Source: a virus
Taxonomy: Duplodnaviria; Heunggongvirae; Uroviricota; Caudoviricetes
Reading direction: 5' to 3' (one strand)
Length of the DNA: 30,231 nucleotides
Virus record (IMG/VR): IMGVR_UViG_2695420421_000005
Shown here: in pieces, positions 1 to 8,443 of the stretch
Layout: every line of letters starts with the position of its first letter
Position numbering within the stretch: position 1 is the first letter of the stretch
Notes under the pieces: generated by a model
Database searches by the model: none
Told to the model about the DNA's origin: nothing
The model's input: the letters and a program-made list of their open reading frames with translations, nothing else
Made by a program: the position numbers and the translations under genes

Positions 1-42
1 ACATAATTCCCCATTATACGCGCGTATAATGGGGAATTATGT
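1..42. repeat. Telomere resolution site-like perfect palindrome (telO/telRL type); window begins inside a probably longer palindrome
   Basis: 42-bp perfect palindrome ACATAATTCCCCATTATACGC|GCGTATAATGGGGAATTATGT centred between 21 and 22, with central CGCGCG flanked by TATAAT arms as in N15-type telomere sites; lies ~170 bp upstream of the protelomerase gene. Confidence 0.85.
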
Positions 43-212
43 GCTGATTTATAGAACAAAGTCAAGGAACAAATTTTAATGTTCTGCTATTGTGTTTTTG
101 TTTATTATCCGTTATTGTGTTCTGTTAGTTTGTGGCTAAGTTAACGCGTTATTAGTTAACTTATTCTCAAATTGTGTTACGATAATCCGAGCGGATAATC
201 AGGAGAGGAAAG
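43..212 (+). promoter_or_regulatory. tos-like regulatory region between telomere site and telN: three TATTGTGTT direct repeats (89-97, 113-121, 170-178), inverted repeat AAGTTAAC-N9-GTTAACTT (138-162), GATAATC direct repeat (181-187, 194-200), RBS AGGAGAGG (201-208)
   Basis: Repeats read directly from sequence; N15 telRL is flanked by additional repeats forming the telomerase occupancy site; assignment of function is inference. Confidence 0.4.
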
Positions 213-2120
213 ATGAGCAAAGTAAAAATCGGTGAATTAATAAACTCACTTGTTAGCGATGTTGAGTCAATAGATAACTCTGACCGTCCTCAAGGGGAAA
301 AAACAAAAAAAATAAAGGCTGTTGCATTAAAATTTAAAAATGCATTATTTAATGACAAGCGAAAGTTTAGGGGGAAAGGATTAGAAAAAAGAATTACAGC
401 CAACACATTCAATGCCTATATGAGCAGGGCCAGAAAACGGTTTGATGATAAACTTCATCATAGCTTTGAAAAAAATATACATCGCCTATCTGAAAAGTAT
501 CCTTTATATAATGAGGAGCTATTGTCATGGCTTTCTCTACCTGCTGCCGATATTCGCCAGAGAATGTCAACTTTACAGGCAAAATTAAAATTAATTCTCC
601 CTTTATCAGAAGATTTATCTAATATCAGAATTGGTGATAACAAAAATCATAATAAGTTATTAAAATTATCAAATAAATATAAAGAGTGGCAATTCGCAAT
701 TTCTGATTTAACTAGCGATAACTGGAAAGATAAGCGCGATTATTTATATAAATTACTACAGCAAGGATCTGCCTTGCTTGAGGAGTTGAATCAGCTAAAA
801 GTTAACCATGAGATTCTCTATCATCTTCAACTAAGCCCTGCCGAACGCGCATCTATCCAGCAACGATGGGCGGACGTTCTGCACAATAAGAAACGTAACG
901 TGGTGGTCATTGATTACCCTAAATATATGCAAGCTATTTACGATATTATAAATAGCCCTGCTACATTAAATAATCTAAACACTCGTTCAGGTATGGCTCC
1001 TTTGGCATTTGCACTTGCTGCATTGTCAGGAAGACGAATGATTGAGATTATGTATCAAGGTACATTTACTGTTTCTGGTAAGTATACCGTTGATTTTTTA
1101 GGCCAAGCTAAAAAAAGAACTTCTGATGATATAACCAGAAAAATATATACATTATGCGAAGCAAAAACATTTGTTTATTTAATAAATGTACTTCGCTCAT
1201 GCCCAGCAGCATCTGATTTTGATGATGTCGTTAAAGGTTATGGAGATAACGACACACGCTCTGAAAACGGACGTATTAATGCCATATTAGCAAAGGCTTT
1301 TAACCCGTGGGTTAAATCATTTTTCAAAGATGACCGCCGTGTTTATAAAGATAGTCGTGCTATTTATGCCCGTATTGCGTATGAAATGTTTTTCCGCGTA
1401 GATCCTCGTTGGAAAAACGTAGATGAGGATGTTTTCTTTATGGAAATTTTAGGCCATGACGATGAAAACACTCAATTACACTATAAGCAATTCAAGCTGG
1501 CCAACTTCTCAAAGACATGGAGGCCAAATACTGGAAACGAAAATACCAGGCTGGAAGCATTGCAGCAGCTTGATGACGAAATGCCTGGATTCGCCAGAGG
1601 AGATGCCGGGGTTCGTCTGCATAACACAGTTAAGCAGCTGGTAGAGCAGGACCCCTCTATAAAAATCACGAACAGCACTCTAAGAGCATTCAAATTTAGC
1701 CCAACAATGATTAGCCGATACCTGGAATTTGCTGCTGATGCTCTGGGGCAATTTGTTGGCGAAAATGGACAATGGCAGCTGAAAATAGATACTCCAGAAA
1801 TCGTTATGCCTGACGAAGAAGAGCTGGAAGCAATACCTGAACAGACGGATGAATTATCAGATGATGACGATCTGGATGACGACGAAATTGAGATAGAGGA
1901 AGAGGAAGAGGAAGAGGAAGAGGAAGAGAGCGTAGAAGAACAGCAACCGCCCGCGCCTTCTTCACCTGTATCTAAGCCGGTATTTAAGCCTGTGAGAAAT
2001 ATTGGTGATGGTTCATACGTTGTTGAGTTTCATTATAATGGCCAGAATTATGCTTGGTCCGGCAGTGCAAACAGCCCTATGTCAGCAATGCAGTTAGCAT
2101 GGCTGACATATTTCGGATAA
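213..2120 (+). CDS. telN: Protelomerase (telomere resolvase) TelN, 635 aa
   Basis: Translation closely resembles my recollection of N15 TelN (N-terminus MSKVKIGELIN..., internal ...NTRSGMAPLAFALAA..SGRRMIEIM... and ...RSENGRINAILAKAFNPWVKSFF... blocks, acidic C-terminal tail); RBS AGGAGAGG 5 nt upstream of ATG; adjacent telomere palindrome. Confidence 0.95.
   Translation: MSKVKIGELINSLVSDVESIDNSDRPQGEKTKKIKAVALKFKNALFNDKRKFRGKGLEKRITANTFNAYMSRARKRFDDKLHHSFEKNIHRLSEKYPLYNEELLSWLSLPAADIRQRMSTLQAKLKLILPLSEDLSNIRIGDNKNHNKLLKLSNKYKEWQFAISDLTSDNWKDKRDYLYKLLQQGSALLEELNQLKVNHEILYHLQLSPAERASIQQRWADVLHNKKRNVVVIDYPKYMQAIYDIINSPATLNNLNTRSGMAPLAFALAALSGRRMIEIMYQGTFTVSGKYTVDFLGQAKKRTSDDITRKIYTLCEAKTFVYLINVLRSCPAASDFDDVVKGYGDNDTRSENGRINAILAKAFNPWVKSFFKDDRRVYKDSRAIYARIAYEMFFRVDPRWKNVDEDVFFMEILGHDDENTQLHYKQFKLANFSKTWRPNTGNENTRLEALQQLDDEMPGFARGDAGVRLHNTVKQLVEQDPSIKITNSTLRAFKFSPTMISRYLEFAADALGQFVGENGQWQLKIDTPEIVMPDEEELEAIPEQTDELSDDDDLDDDEIEIEEEEEEEEEEESVEEQQPPAPSSPVSKPVFKPVRNIGDGSYVVEFHYNGQNYAWSGSANSPMSAMQLAWLTYFG
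1896..1925 (+). repeat. (GAGGAA)5 in-frame hexanucleotide tract encoding a poly-Glu run in the TelN acidic tail
   Basis: Five perfect tandem GAGGAA units read directly. Confidence 0.9.
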
Positions 2121-2132
2121 AGCATACAGTAA

Positions 2133-2164
2133 AGGCACCGAATTATCGGTGCCTTGTTGTGTGG
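2133..2164. terminator. Intrinsic terminator shared by telN (+) and the convergent minus-strand small-ORF operon
   Basis: 9-bp stem AGGCACCGA/TCGGTGCCT with ATTA loop (2133-2154) followed by TGTTGTGTGG; located 13 nt after the telN stop and just after the minus-strand BRO-N fragment stop. Confidence 0.6.
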
Positions 2165-2165
2165 C

Positions 2166-2330
2166 CTACCTCGCCTGCCCCTTTTCGTCCTCATCCAACT
2201 TTCTGATGGCCGTAGAATCAATACCCGCCGCCATACACACATCAGATGCAACAAACCACGGTTCGCCGTTAATCATCACTACACGAACCTGATGCTCTTC
2301 CTGAAAGGAAAAGACTGCTAACGCGCTCAT
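2166..2330 (-). pseudogene. BRO-N domain fragment (truncated antirepressor-like gene), 54 codons
   Basis: Minus-strand translation MSALAVFSFQEEHQVRVVMINGEPWFVASDVCMAAGIDSTAIRKLDEDEKGQAR* matches the conserved start of BRO-N/antirepressor proteins (F.F....VR...INGEPWFVA.DV......D) but stops after ~54 aa; GGAGG 4 nt upstream; ATGA overlap with upstream ORF. Confidence 0.45.
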
Positions 2331-2560
2331 TCAGCCTCCTTATCGTGCAGCAATTGCGACGAGAGCGACGCTGAATACCCCTGTGCTTCGTGTGTTAGCT
2401 CACACGCAATTTGAAGGAGTTTCCCTGCTTCTGAGAGATAAATCGACGCCTCACAACTGGAGATTGTCCGATGGGCTGATGATACGAGCGCATAGACCTG
2501 AGCCAGACGTTCATCCAACGATTCCAGCAGGCCAACAGTGTTCATTTTTACCTGATTCAT
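2327..2560 (-). CDS. Hypothetical small protein (77 aa), middle gene of a translationally coupled minus-strand operon
   Basis: ORF with GAGGTGG RBS 4 nt upstream of ATG; stop overlaps next start (ATGA); no family recognised. Confidence 0.45.
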   Translation of the reverse strand: MNQVKMNTVGLLESLDERLAQVYALVSSAHRTISSCEASIYLSEAGKLLQIACELTHEAQGYSASLSSQLLHDKEAE

Positions 2561-2721
2561 GCAGCCACCTCGCGCACCGGAATACGGGCAGACAATACCA
2601 GGACAAACCGGCTGGCGAACTGGCGACGAGCTTCCCGTTCAGATGACGCGATGGTGGAAAGATGATGGATGTGTGACTTTTTGTCTGTGCGAACGACTGC
2701 CGCAAATTTGAATTTGAACAT
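2557..2721 (-). CDS. Hypothetical small protein (54 aa; MFKFKFAAVVRTDKK...), possible small DNA-binding regulator
   Basis: Minus-strand ORF below the ORF-track size cutoff; GGAG 8 nt upstream of ATG; stop overlaps the start of the 77-aa ORF (ATGA). Confidence 0.35.
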   Translation of the reverse strand: MFKFKFAAVVRTDKKSHIHHLSTIASSEREARRQFASRFVLVLSARIPVREVAA

Positions 2722-2746
2722 GGTATGCACTCCGTTTAATTGGTCG

Positions 2747-3048
2747 TGCTACCACCAGAGTTCCTACGCTCTATATGGCGGTAGCCCAGACGGGGGTAGG
2801 AATACCGGTAAACGAAGAAACCGGCCAGCTAAAAGCTGCCCCATCTGAGCCACCATAAATTTGGTGTACGCAGATTTTACACACAAAAAAACACGCAGGC
2901 GCGTGTTGTGCGCTTCATTTACTCGGGTTCCTACGCCCGGCTACGGGATTTACCGTAGCGGAGTAACTTTACCGTCAAAACGACGCGCACGTCAATAATT
3001 TGCAAAGGCATTTTACCCCGTGACCAGTCACGGGGACAGGTGTTTTTA
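2747..3048 (+). ncRNA. Candidate structured noncoding RNA or regulatory leader (strand and ends uncertain)
   Basis: ~300 bp without a credible ORF; several GC-rich hairpins (ACACGC-AGGC-GCGTGT 2891-2906; 7-bp stem 2940-2946/2953-2959); GTTCCTACGC repeated at 2760-2769 and 2927-2936; possible -35 TTGAAC 2714-2719 and -10 TTTAAT 2735-2740 (15-bp spacer, suboptimal); ends at a hairpin plus T-run. Confidence 0.25.
3016..3048 (+). terminator. Hairpin CCCCGTGA-CCAG-TCACGGGG followed by a T-run; possible terminator or protein-binding palindrome
   Basis: 8-bp GC-rich stem 3016-3023/3028-3035 with TTTTT at 3042-3046; the palindrome core recurs inverted at 13753-13768. Confidence 0.4.
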
Positions 3049-3096
3049 TAGTTTGCTTAAACGAGTGTTCAGAAGTTGATCGTTAATCAAAGGCCA

Positions 3097-3384
3097 TTAC
3101 TGATTAAGAGATTGGAAATACCTAACTAACTTACCGGCATCATCACATTTTTCTTTATCTTCTTCCTTAACATAGCCGCGACAAAAGGCTGAATAAAATT
3201 TTGCATTTTCAGAAGCAAAAGCAGCCGTCGAAAGGAGCAGTTCTTTGCATGATTCTTTTGATGCAGCATCGGGATTATTTTTACATGCAAGCTCTGCTGA
3301 TGAGTCAATAACAGAAATGCTATCTTCCTGGGCATAAACCGCAGCAGAAAAGGCAAAACATAAAACAAAAATAAAACTCTTCAC
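3097..3384 (-). CDS. Small secreted protein (95 aa) with signal peptide and four cysteines
   Basis: N-terminus MKSFIFVLCFAFSAAVYA|QE has a typical signal peptide; AGGAG 5 nt upstream of a GTG start; no family recognised. Confidence 0.6.
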   Translation of the reverse strand: MKSFIFVLCFAFSAAVYAQEDSISVIDSSAELACKNNPDAASKESCKELLLSTAAFASENAKFYSAFCRGYVKEEDKEKCDDAGKLVRYFQSLNQ

Positions 3385-3411
3385 TTTATCTCCTGTAACA
3401 GTTATCGCAAC

Positions 3412-3807
3412 TCAATCAACTTTTTTAGCATCAGCCATACGCTTCAACCAGTAATCAACAATCGGTTGCTCATCCACAGAATGTTTACCAGGTATAACTC
3501 GCCAGCTGTCTGCCGAAAGGCTACCGTATCTATGCGGGAAAAGGCATTTCTTTAGCTCCTGCCATGTGCTAGGAAAACCGTCTGCCAAAGTGCCAATTAA
3601 CAGAAAAGGGACAAAAATCAGGGCTACAAACCATCTGGCAAGAAAGTGCTCAACAATAACCTCTTCACCGTTATAGTAATACGCATACGTATCCCATATA
3701 CGAATTTTCCTTACCCTAAAAATGGCCTTATGCTGAGAACGACTTAGCTTGATGCGAATGTATCCCTTATCCAAGAGGGATTGGTGTTTGTATGATTGAA
3801 CAGCCAT
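3412..3807 (-). CDS. Hypothetical membrane protein (131 aa from the internal ATG)
   Basis: Hydrophobic segment WFVALIFVPFLLIGTL; ATG at 3807 lies 2 nt after the upstream gene stop; the ORF-track start at 3819 is a GTG overlapping the upstream gene. Confidence 0.55.
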   Translation of the reverse strand: MAVQSYKHQSLLDKGYIRIKLSRSQHKAIFRVRKIRIWDTYAYYYNGEEVIVEHFLARWFVALIFVPFLLIGTLADGFPSTWQELKKCLFPHRYGSLSADSWRVIPGKHSVDEQPIVDYWLKRMADAKKVD

Positions 3808-3809
3808 TT

Positions 3810-4136
3810 TTAACCCCACTCACCATCAGCAAACAAAGCGTTATACTCTGACAATGGTAGACGGTTGCCCTCGATGTAGAGATTCAGTTCATACTTCGTC
3901 TCCGGGTTTTCCTTGTCTGCTCGTTCCCAACGCTCAGCAGCCTTACGCGCCAATAATTCCACTGCTTTCAGGTAATCCTCCGTACGGAACCAGCCAAAGA
4001 TAAGGCCACGATCTGTTACAGCCCAGGCGACCTTTTTTTCTTCCTCCTGGATAGCCTTAATGCGTCGATCGCATTCATCCCGGCAGAACTGCAGCTGACG
4101 GTAATCAAGTTTGTCCAAAAATGCAGTAGTAGACAT
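3810..4136 (-). CDS. Hypothetical protein (108 aa)
   Basis: ORF in the same orientation as repA with compact spacing; no family recognised. Confidence 0.6.
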   Translation of the reverse strand: MSTTAFLDKLDYRQLQFCRDECDRRIKAIQEEEKKVAWAVTDRGLIFGWFRTEDYLKAVELLARKAAERWERADKENPETKYELNLYIEGNRLPLSEYNALFADGEWG

Positions 4137-4140
4137 ATTT

Positions 4141-4332
4141 TTACTCCCCGTTCACCGAAAAATCACGATAGAAACGTTTCCACATACGATAAGTCTGCGC
4201 GAGTTGTTCACCACGAAACATCGCCTTCCTGGCCTTCATGTTTTCCTTGTGAGACTTTCGATCTATGAACCAAAACCATTGCTGGAACACACAAAGCAAG
4301 AGACACAAAGATAATATCCACTGATTACCCAT
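4141..4332 (-). CDS. Possible small membrane protein (63 aa) translationally coupled to repA
   Basis: ATG at 4332 overlaps the repA stop; hydrophobic ILSLCLLLCVFQQWFWFI followed by a basic tail; short, so uncertain. Confidence 0.3.
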   Translation of the reverse strand: MGNQWILSLCLLLCVFQQWFWFIDRKSHKENMKARKAMFRGEQLAQTYRMWKRFYRDFSVNGE

Positions 4333-7300
4333 AGAAAGCGCCCTGCTCTTCGTAGCTGCATGAGCTATTCCCGGTAATGTATTCTCGTAACCGCCGCAGT
4401 TCATTGCTGGACAAGTGATCCATGAACTCTGTGAGGTACAGAGATGCAAACGTCATAGCTATGCTGGTTGATGACCATGATGACATAGTGGCCAGCTCCT
4501 CACCGGAAAGCGCACTCATCGCCCAGGACTCAGGAACAGCCACCGGCAATACGGCCAAAGCCTCAGAAATTACTGAATGAGGGGCGTTTTGAACCTGCTC
4601 GTTTGTGGATCGCGTTTTATCATCCATATATATATTGAGATCCAAATCGCGATCCATTTCGATGGCTGTCTTCTCGGCTTTACGCGTTTTTAGGGTTAGG
4701 CCATCTTTCTGACGCTGAACAAGAATATCCAGCATAAATGCCGCTGATTCAGGCTCAACAAAACGCAAGGTTGGACGCTTATCGCCGTCTCTGCCGCGAC
4801 GTTTACCTGTTTTAAGGCCAAGAGAGTCGCAAATGTTTTTAAACAACGCTTCCGGCACTTTAGGCTTCCCTTTTGGCGTCATAAAACCACCAATGTGCAG
4901 AACGTTATTCAACAGGTCACGGCGTTCGGCTGTCATGAGATTATCTCGAGCGAATTTGAGACGCTCCTGAGTCGCCTCGCCGGTCATAGTCTCAGGGTTG
5001 ATACCGCAGTCGATAAAGTACTGCCGGAGAGTTGCTGATTTAAGCGCATAGAAACCGCGCGCCCCGACTTCAACAGTAGGAGTAGCTTTTACCTTGTGAT
5101 CGATTATTCCAGGGAATTTAGTTTTAAAGACATCATCAGCCTGCTCGCGAGTCATCGCGGTCACTACAAAATATTGCCACTGTCCCGCCTGACGGTATGC
5201 GTAGGTAAAATTGATGGCTGCTTCTTCCCGGTCGTAACGACGAGCTGTTACCTCATCTAAAAGCATTGTTTCATAGCGGCGAACTTTGTCTCGAGCACCA
5301 TCGAAATAGAATTTCAGTGTGCCTTCTTCAACCGGTAGTTTCAGTTCGTTTTCAATATCCCAGCGGACAAGTTTTGCCTGTTCTTCAAGCGTCAGCGCGC
5401 GTTTTTTTAGCAGTTCTTCACGCTCTGATTCTTGTGGAGTTTCTGTATTGAGGTGCAGATCCAGTGTCTGTTCCCACACAATATCCCGCGCTTCTTTACG
5501 CAGATCTTTACCGATATCATTCGCAGCATAATCGGTGCCCAGCGGCGATACCTTATAACCGTCGCTGTGCATGATGCAGATCATGTTGCTGGCGTAGTCG
5601 TTACGCGCAGTCGCTTCAATTGCGGCTGCTTTAATTTTCATCCTGGTAAAGTCGGTATTGGCCACCCCCATTGATATACGGTCGCCATCGAAAATGACAT
5701 CCGTCAGTTCACCGTTCATACCTGCGGTAGCAAGCAATGCCTGGGCGAATGCTCGTTCTATTTTTTGCGGGTCAGTTTCACGTTTTGCACGAGCTTTATC
5801 AAAGCCGATAATAAATTCTTTTGCTGTACGGTCGCGGCGTAGCATTTGCACTGCGTCGCTGGGTACAACTTCACCACAGAACATGCCGAAATGACGGTCA
5901 AAATGTTTTTGCTCAATCGACACGCCGGATGAAATAGACGGGCTATAAATCAGGCCGTCGTATTTTTTGACCATCTTTTTCGGTTGATTGGTAAATGCTT
6001 CAACTTCTGGCTCTGGTTTGTTTTTCTGGTTTACACACAGAAATTTCTTACCAGGAAAATGCATTCTCAGGGTGGCTGTCACATCTTCTGCAAAGGTGGA
6101 GCTGTCGGTGGCCAACATGATTTTTTCGCCATCCGATACAGCTTTCACCACCTCGGTCATGATGCGATCTTTTTCTGTATAAAAAACCCGGATTGGCTCA
6201 CCTGTTTCGCGGTTGCGAACATCAACAGGTAATTCAATTACGTGGATCTGCAGCCATGCCGGTAAACCTAGTTCTTCACGGCGTTTCATAGCCAGTTCAG
6301 CCAGGTCAACCAGCAGATCGTTCGCATCAGCATCCACCATGATTGGGTGTTGTTCCGTTCTGGCCAGCGCGTCAATTAGCGTATTGAATACAGCCACCGG
6401 GTTTTCCATAGCCCGACCGGAAAGAACGGCACGTAGCCCTTGTGTGGCCTCGTCAAAGCCAAAATAGTCGTGCTGGCGCATCAACGGTTGCCAGCAGTTT
6501 TTAACAATCGAGTTTATGCAGATGGTCAGTTTACTGGCGTATGGAGCCATTTCCTGATAGCCAGGGTCCTGATAGTGCAGGATATCGGCTTTTACACCTT
6601 TTCCTTCAGTCATCATTTCCCACAGGCCACCAATAAGGGAAACACGGTGAGCTACAGAGATACCGCGTTCTGAGCTATGCATTAACGGTCGTAACAATCC
6701 AGTAGATTTGCCGGAACCCATACCAGCACGAACGATGACGATCCCCTGTAGTGATTGCACGTACTTCAGGACGTCATCGGTCATTACCGAAGTTTCAAAA
6801 CGCTTATAGGTGATATGTTGAGGGCGTTTATTGGGATCAGTTATGCGTTCGCTGAAAGAGCGCGGAGCCTGGGCAATACGGCACTTTTTATTCAGGCGAC
6901 GGGCAATGTGGTCTTTTACCGTAGCGCGATAGATATTTTCCAGCCCCATTTCACGCAGAACGATGCAGAACATGTTAAACAAATCTGACGGACTGTTAGG
7001 AACCGGACAGGTTAGCATGCCAATATCCACCGCTCTCAGCAGCTCTTTGGCAAAAGTACGACGGTTATCCCGCTTAATTGTCTTCAGGCGGTTGAGCGTC
7101 AGAGATAGCAAATCAGTGCCGGTTTTCAGGCGGTTTGCTGTTGCAAATAGTTGACGTGCTGTTTCACGAAGTCCACGTAGTTTGTGCAGGTCGTTGAAGT
7201 CACTGCACTCCATTTGCGGATCGTCTTCAAAAGTTGGATAGACGCAGCGGACATCGTTGAATTTCGATAAGATTTCATAGCCAGTCCGCAGGCCGGTATT

Positions 7301-8320
7301 CCCTTTTCCTTCTGTGGCTGATTTCCGGTCATTATCCAGTGCGCAGGTGATTTTTGCCGCCGGGTACATGTTTACCAGTTGTTCCACAACATGAACCATG
7401 TTGTTAGCGGATACAGCGACAACCACAGCGTCAAAGCGTTTATCTTTTTTCGTGGCAAGCCAGATGGATGCACCAGTAGCAAAACCTTCTGTAACAGCGA
7501 TGTTTTGCGCCCCTTTCAGCTCACCGATAACAAAGCAGGCACCGACGAAATCGCCGCTGGTTACTGCGCTGGTCTGGTATTTCCCACCTTGTTTGTCGAT
7601 TCGCTGCCAACCCACAATACGACCATCGTAACGACCGTCCAGGTGAGCCAGAGGGATAGCCATATATGTGGTTGGCCCCCGGTTCCATTTCGCACTGTCG
7701 TGACTGGTCACGCGACGCACATCACATGAACTAAAAACGTCACGAATACCTTTTTTAATCGCATATGGCCATGAGCCGTCTTCTGCAGGAGCATGTTCCC
7801 ACGCGCTGTGGAATGCCAGCCATCCCAGCAAACGTTCATGGTCCATTTGGTTGTTTTTCAGGTCATTAATTCGTTTTTGTTCTTCACGGCGACGACGTGC
7901 TTCGGCCTGACGTTTTATTCTTGCCCGTTCTTCTTCCGGTTGTGCGACCACGGTCGCATTATTCCGTTGTTGCTCACGGCGATATTCAGAAAACAGGAAG
8001 GAGAAACCGCTCCATGAGCCAGCATCGCTGCCTTTATGGACGAAGTTAATGAACGGGTAATCAATCCCTTTGCTGTGTTCCAGCCGGGAGTAAATTTCTA
8101 CGCGTCCTTTGAGGCTCTTTTCGAGAGCTTCTGGAGATGTTTTATTGTATGAAGAGTAACGCTCAACACCCCCGCGAGGGTTGAGTTGGATGTTGTCGGA
8201 ACAGGCAGACCAGTTGATACCAGCCATCTGTGCCAGCTCGGTTAGTTCATCCCGTGCTGCTTCAATTAGCGAGAACGGATCGCTGCCAAAGCGATCCGCA
8301 TAGAAATCGTTTAATGTCAT
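4325..8320 (-). CDS. repA: Replication protein RepA (primase-helicase), 1331 aa
   Basis: Size and position match N15 RepA (~1320 aa); Walker A motif GMGSGKST in the helicase region; sits between the telN side and the cB immunity region as in N15. Confidence 0.93.
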   Translation of the reverse strand: MTLNDFYADRFGSDPFSLIEAARDELTELAQMAGINWSACSDNIQLNPRGGVERYSSYNKTSPEALEKSLKGRVEIYSRLEHSKGIDYPFINFVHKGSDAGSWSGFSFLFSEYRREQQRNNATVVAQPEEERARIKRQAEARRRREEQKRINDLKNNQMDHERLLGWLAFHSAWEHAPAEDGSWPYAIKKGIRDVFSSCDVRRVTSHDSAKWNRGPTTYMAIPLAHLDGRYDGRIVGWQRIDKQGGKYQTSAVTSGDFVGACFVIGELKGAQNIAVTEGFATGASIWLATKKDKRFDAVVVAVSANNMVHVVEQLVNMYPAAKITCALDNDRKSATEGKGNTGLRTGYEILSKFNDVRCVYPTFEDDPQMECSDFNDLHKLRGLRETARQLFATANRLKTGTDLLSLTLNRLKTIKRDNRRTFAKELLRAVDIGMLTCPVPNSPSDLFNMFCIVLREMGLENIYRATVKDHIARRLNKKCRIAQAPRSFSERITDPNKRPQHITYKRFETSVMTDDVLKYVQSLQGIVIVRAGMGSGKSTGLLRPLMHSSERGISVAHRVSLIGGLWEMMTEGKGVKADILHYQDPGYQEMAPYASKLTICINSIVKNCWQPLMRQHDYFGFDEATQGLRAVLSGRAMENPVAVFNTLIDALARTEQHPIMVDADANDLLVDLAELAMKRREELGLPAWLQIHVIELPVDVRNRETGEPIRVFYTEKDRIMTEVVKAVSDGEKIMLATDSSTFAEDVTATLRMHFPGKKFLCVNQKNKPEPEVEAFTNQPKKMVKKYDGLIYSPSISSGVSIEQKHFDRHFGMFCGEVVPSDAVQMLRRDRTAKEFIIGFDKARAKRETDPQKIERAFAQALLATAGMNGELTDVIFDGDRISMGVANTDFTRMKIKAAAIEATARNDYASNMICIMHSDGYKVSPLGTDYAANDIGKDLRKEARDIVWEQTLDLHLNTETPQESEREELLKKRALTLEEQAKLVRWDIENELKLPVEEGTLKFYFDGARDKVRRYETMLLDEVTARRYDREEAAINFTYAYRQAGQWQYFVVTAMTREQADDVFKTKFPGIIDHKVKATPTVEVGARGFYALKSATLRQYFIDCGINPETMTGEATQERLKFARDNLMTAERRDLLNNVLHIGGFMTPKGKPKVPEALFKNICDSLGLKTGKRRGRDGDKRPTLRFVEPESAAFMLDILVQRQKDGLTLKTRKAEKTAIEMDRDLDLNIYMDDKTRSTNEQVQNAPHSVISEALAVLPVAVPESWAMSALSGEELATMSSWSSTSIAMTFASLYLTEFMDHLSSNELRRLREYITGNSSCSYEEQGAFYG
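7943..7958. repeat. sopC-like centromere-type inverted repeat TGCGACC-AC-GGTCGCA (copy 1, inside repA coding sequence)
   Basis: 7-bp inverted arms with 2-bp spacer, same architecture as the F sopC core TGGGACC-AC-GGTCCCA; five copies in this window. Confidence 0.5.
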
Positions 8321-8356
8321 TTTTTAGCCATTCCATACGAATTATGTTTTTTCGGG

Positions 8357-8385
8357 TTGAAAAAATCCGCAGGAGCAGCCACAAT
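8357..8385 (+). promoter_or_regulatory. Candidate promoter for a short plus-strand transcript antisense to the repA leader
   Basis: -35 TTGAAA (8357-8362), 17-bp spacer, -10 CACAAT (8380-8385); would give an ~80-nt RNA containing hairpin GACGG-AAT-CCGTC (8402-8414) and ending at the 8444-8471 terminator. Confidence 0.3.
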
Positions 8386-8443
8386 AAACGCATCTTGAAT
8401 TGACGGAATCCGTCGCGTTACTGTGGCTGCTTCCTGAAAAGGA

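Noticed and set aside
2383-2646. Plus-strand 87-aa ORF and minus-strand ORFs 2048-2254 and 2511-2705
   Set aside because: They overlap better-supported ORFs (telN, or the coupled minus-strand small ORFs) in other frames and lack translation signals.
2741-3050. tRNA or tmRNA gene in the structured noncoding stretch
   Set aside because: No GTTCGAATC-like T-loop or cloverleaf arrangement could be found by eye; the hairpins do not fit tRNA geometry.
4449-8017. Numerous plus-strand ORFs of 60-116 aa inside the repA region (for example 5266-5451, 5984-6232, 7379-7729)
   Set aside because: They lie antisense to the long, well-supported repA gene, lack ribosome-binding sites and have low-complexity translations; typical antisense artefacts.
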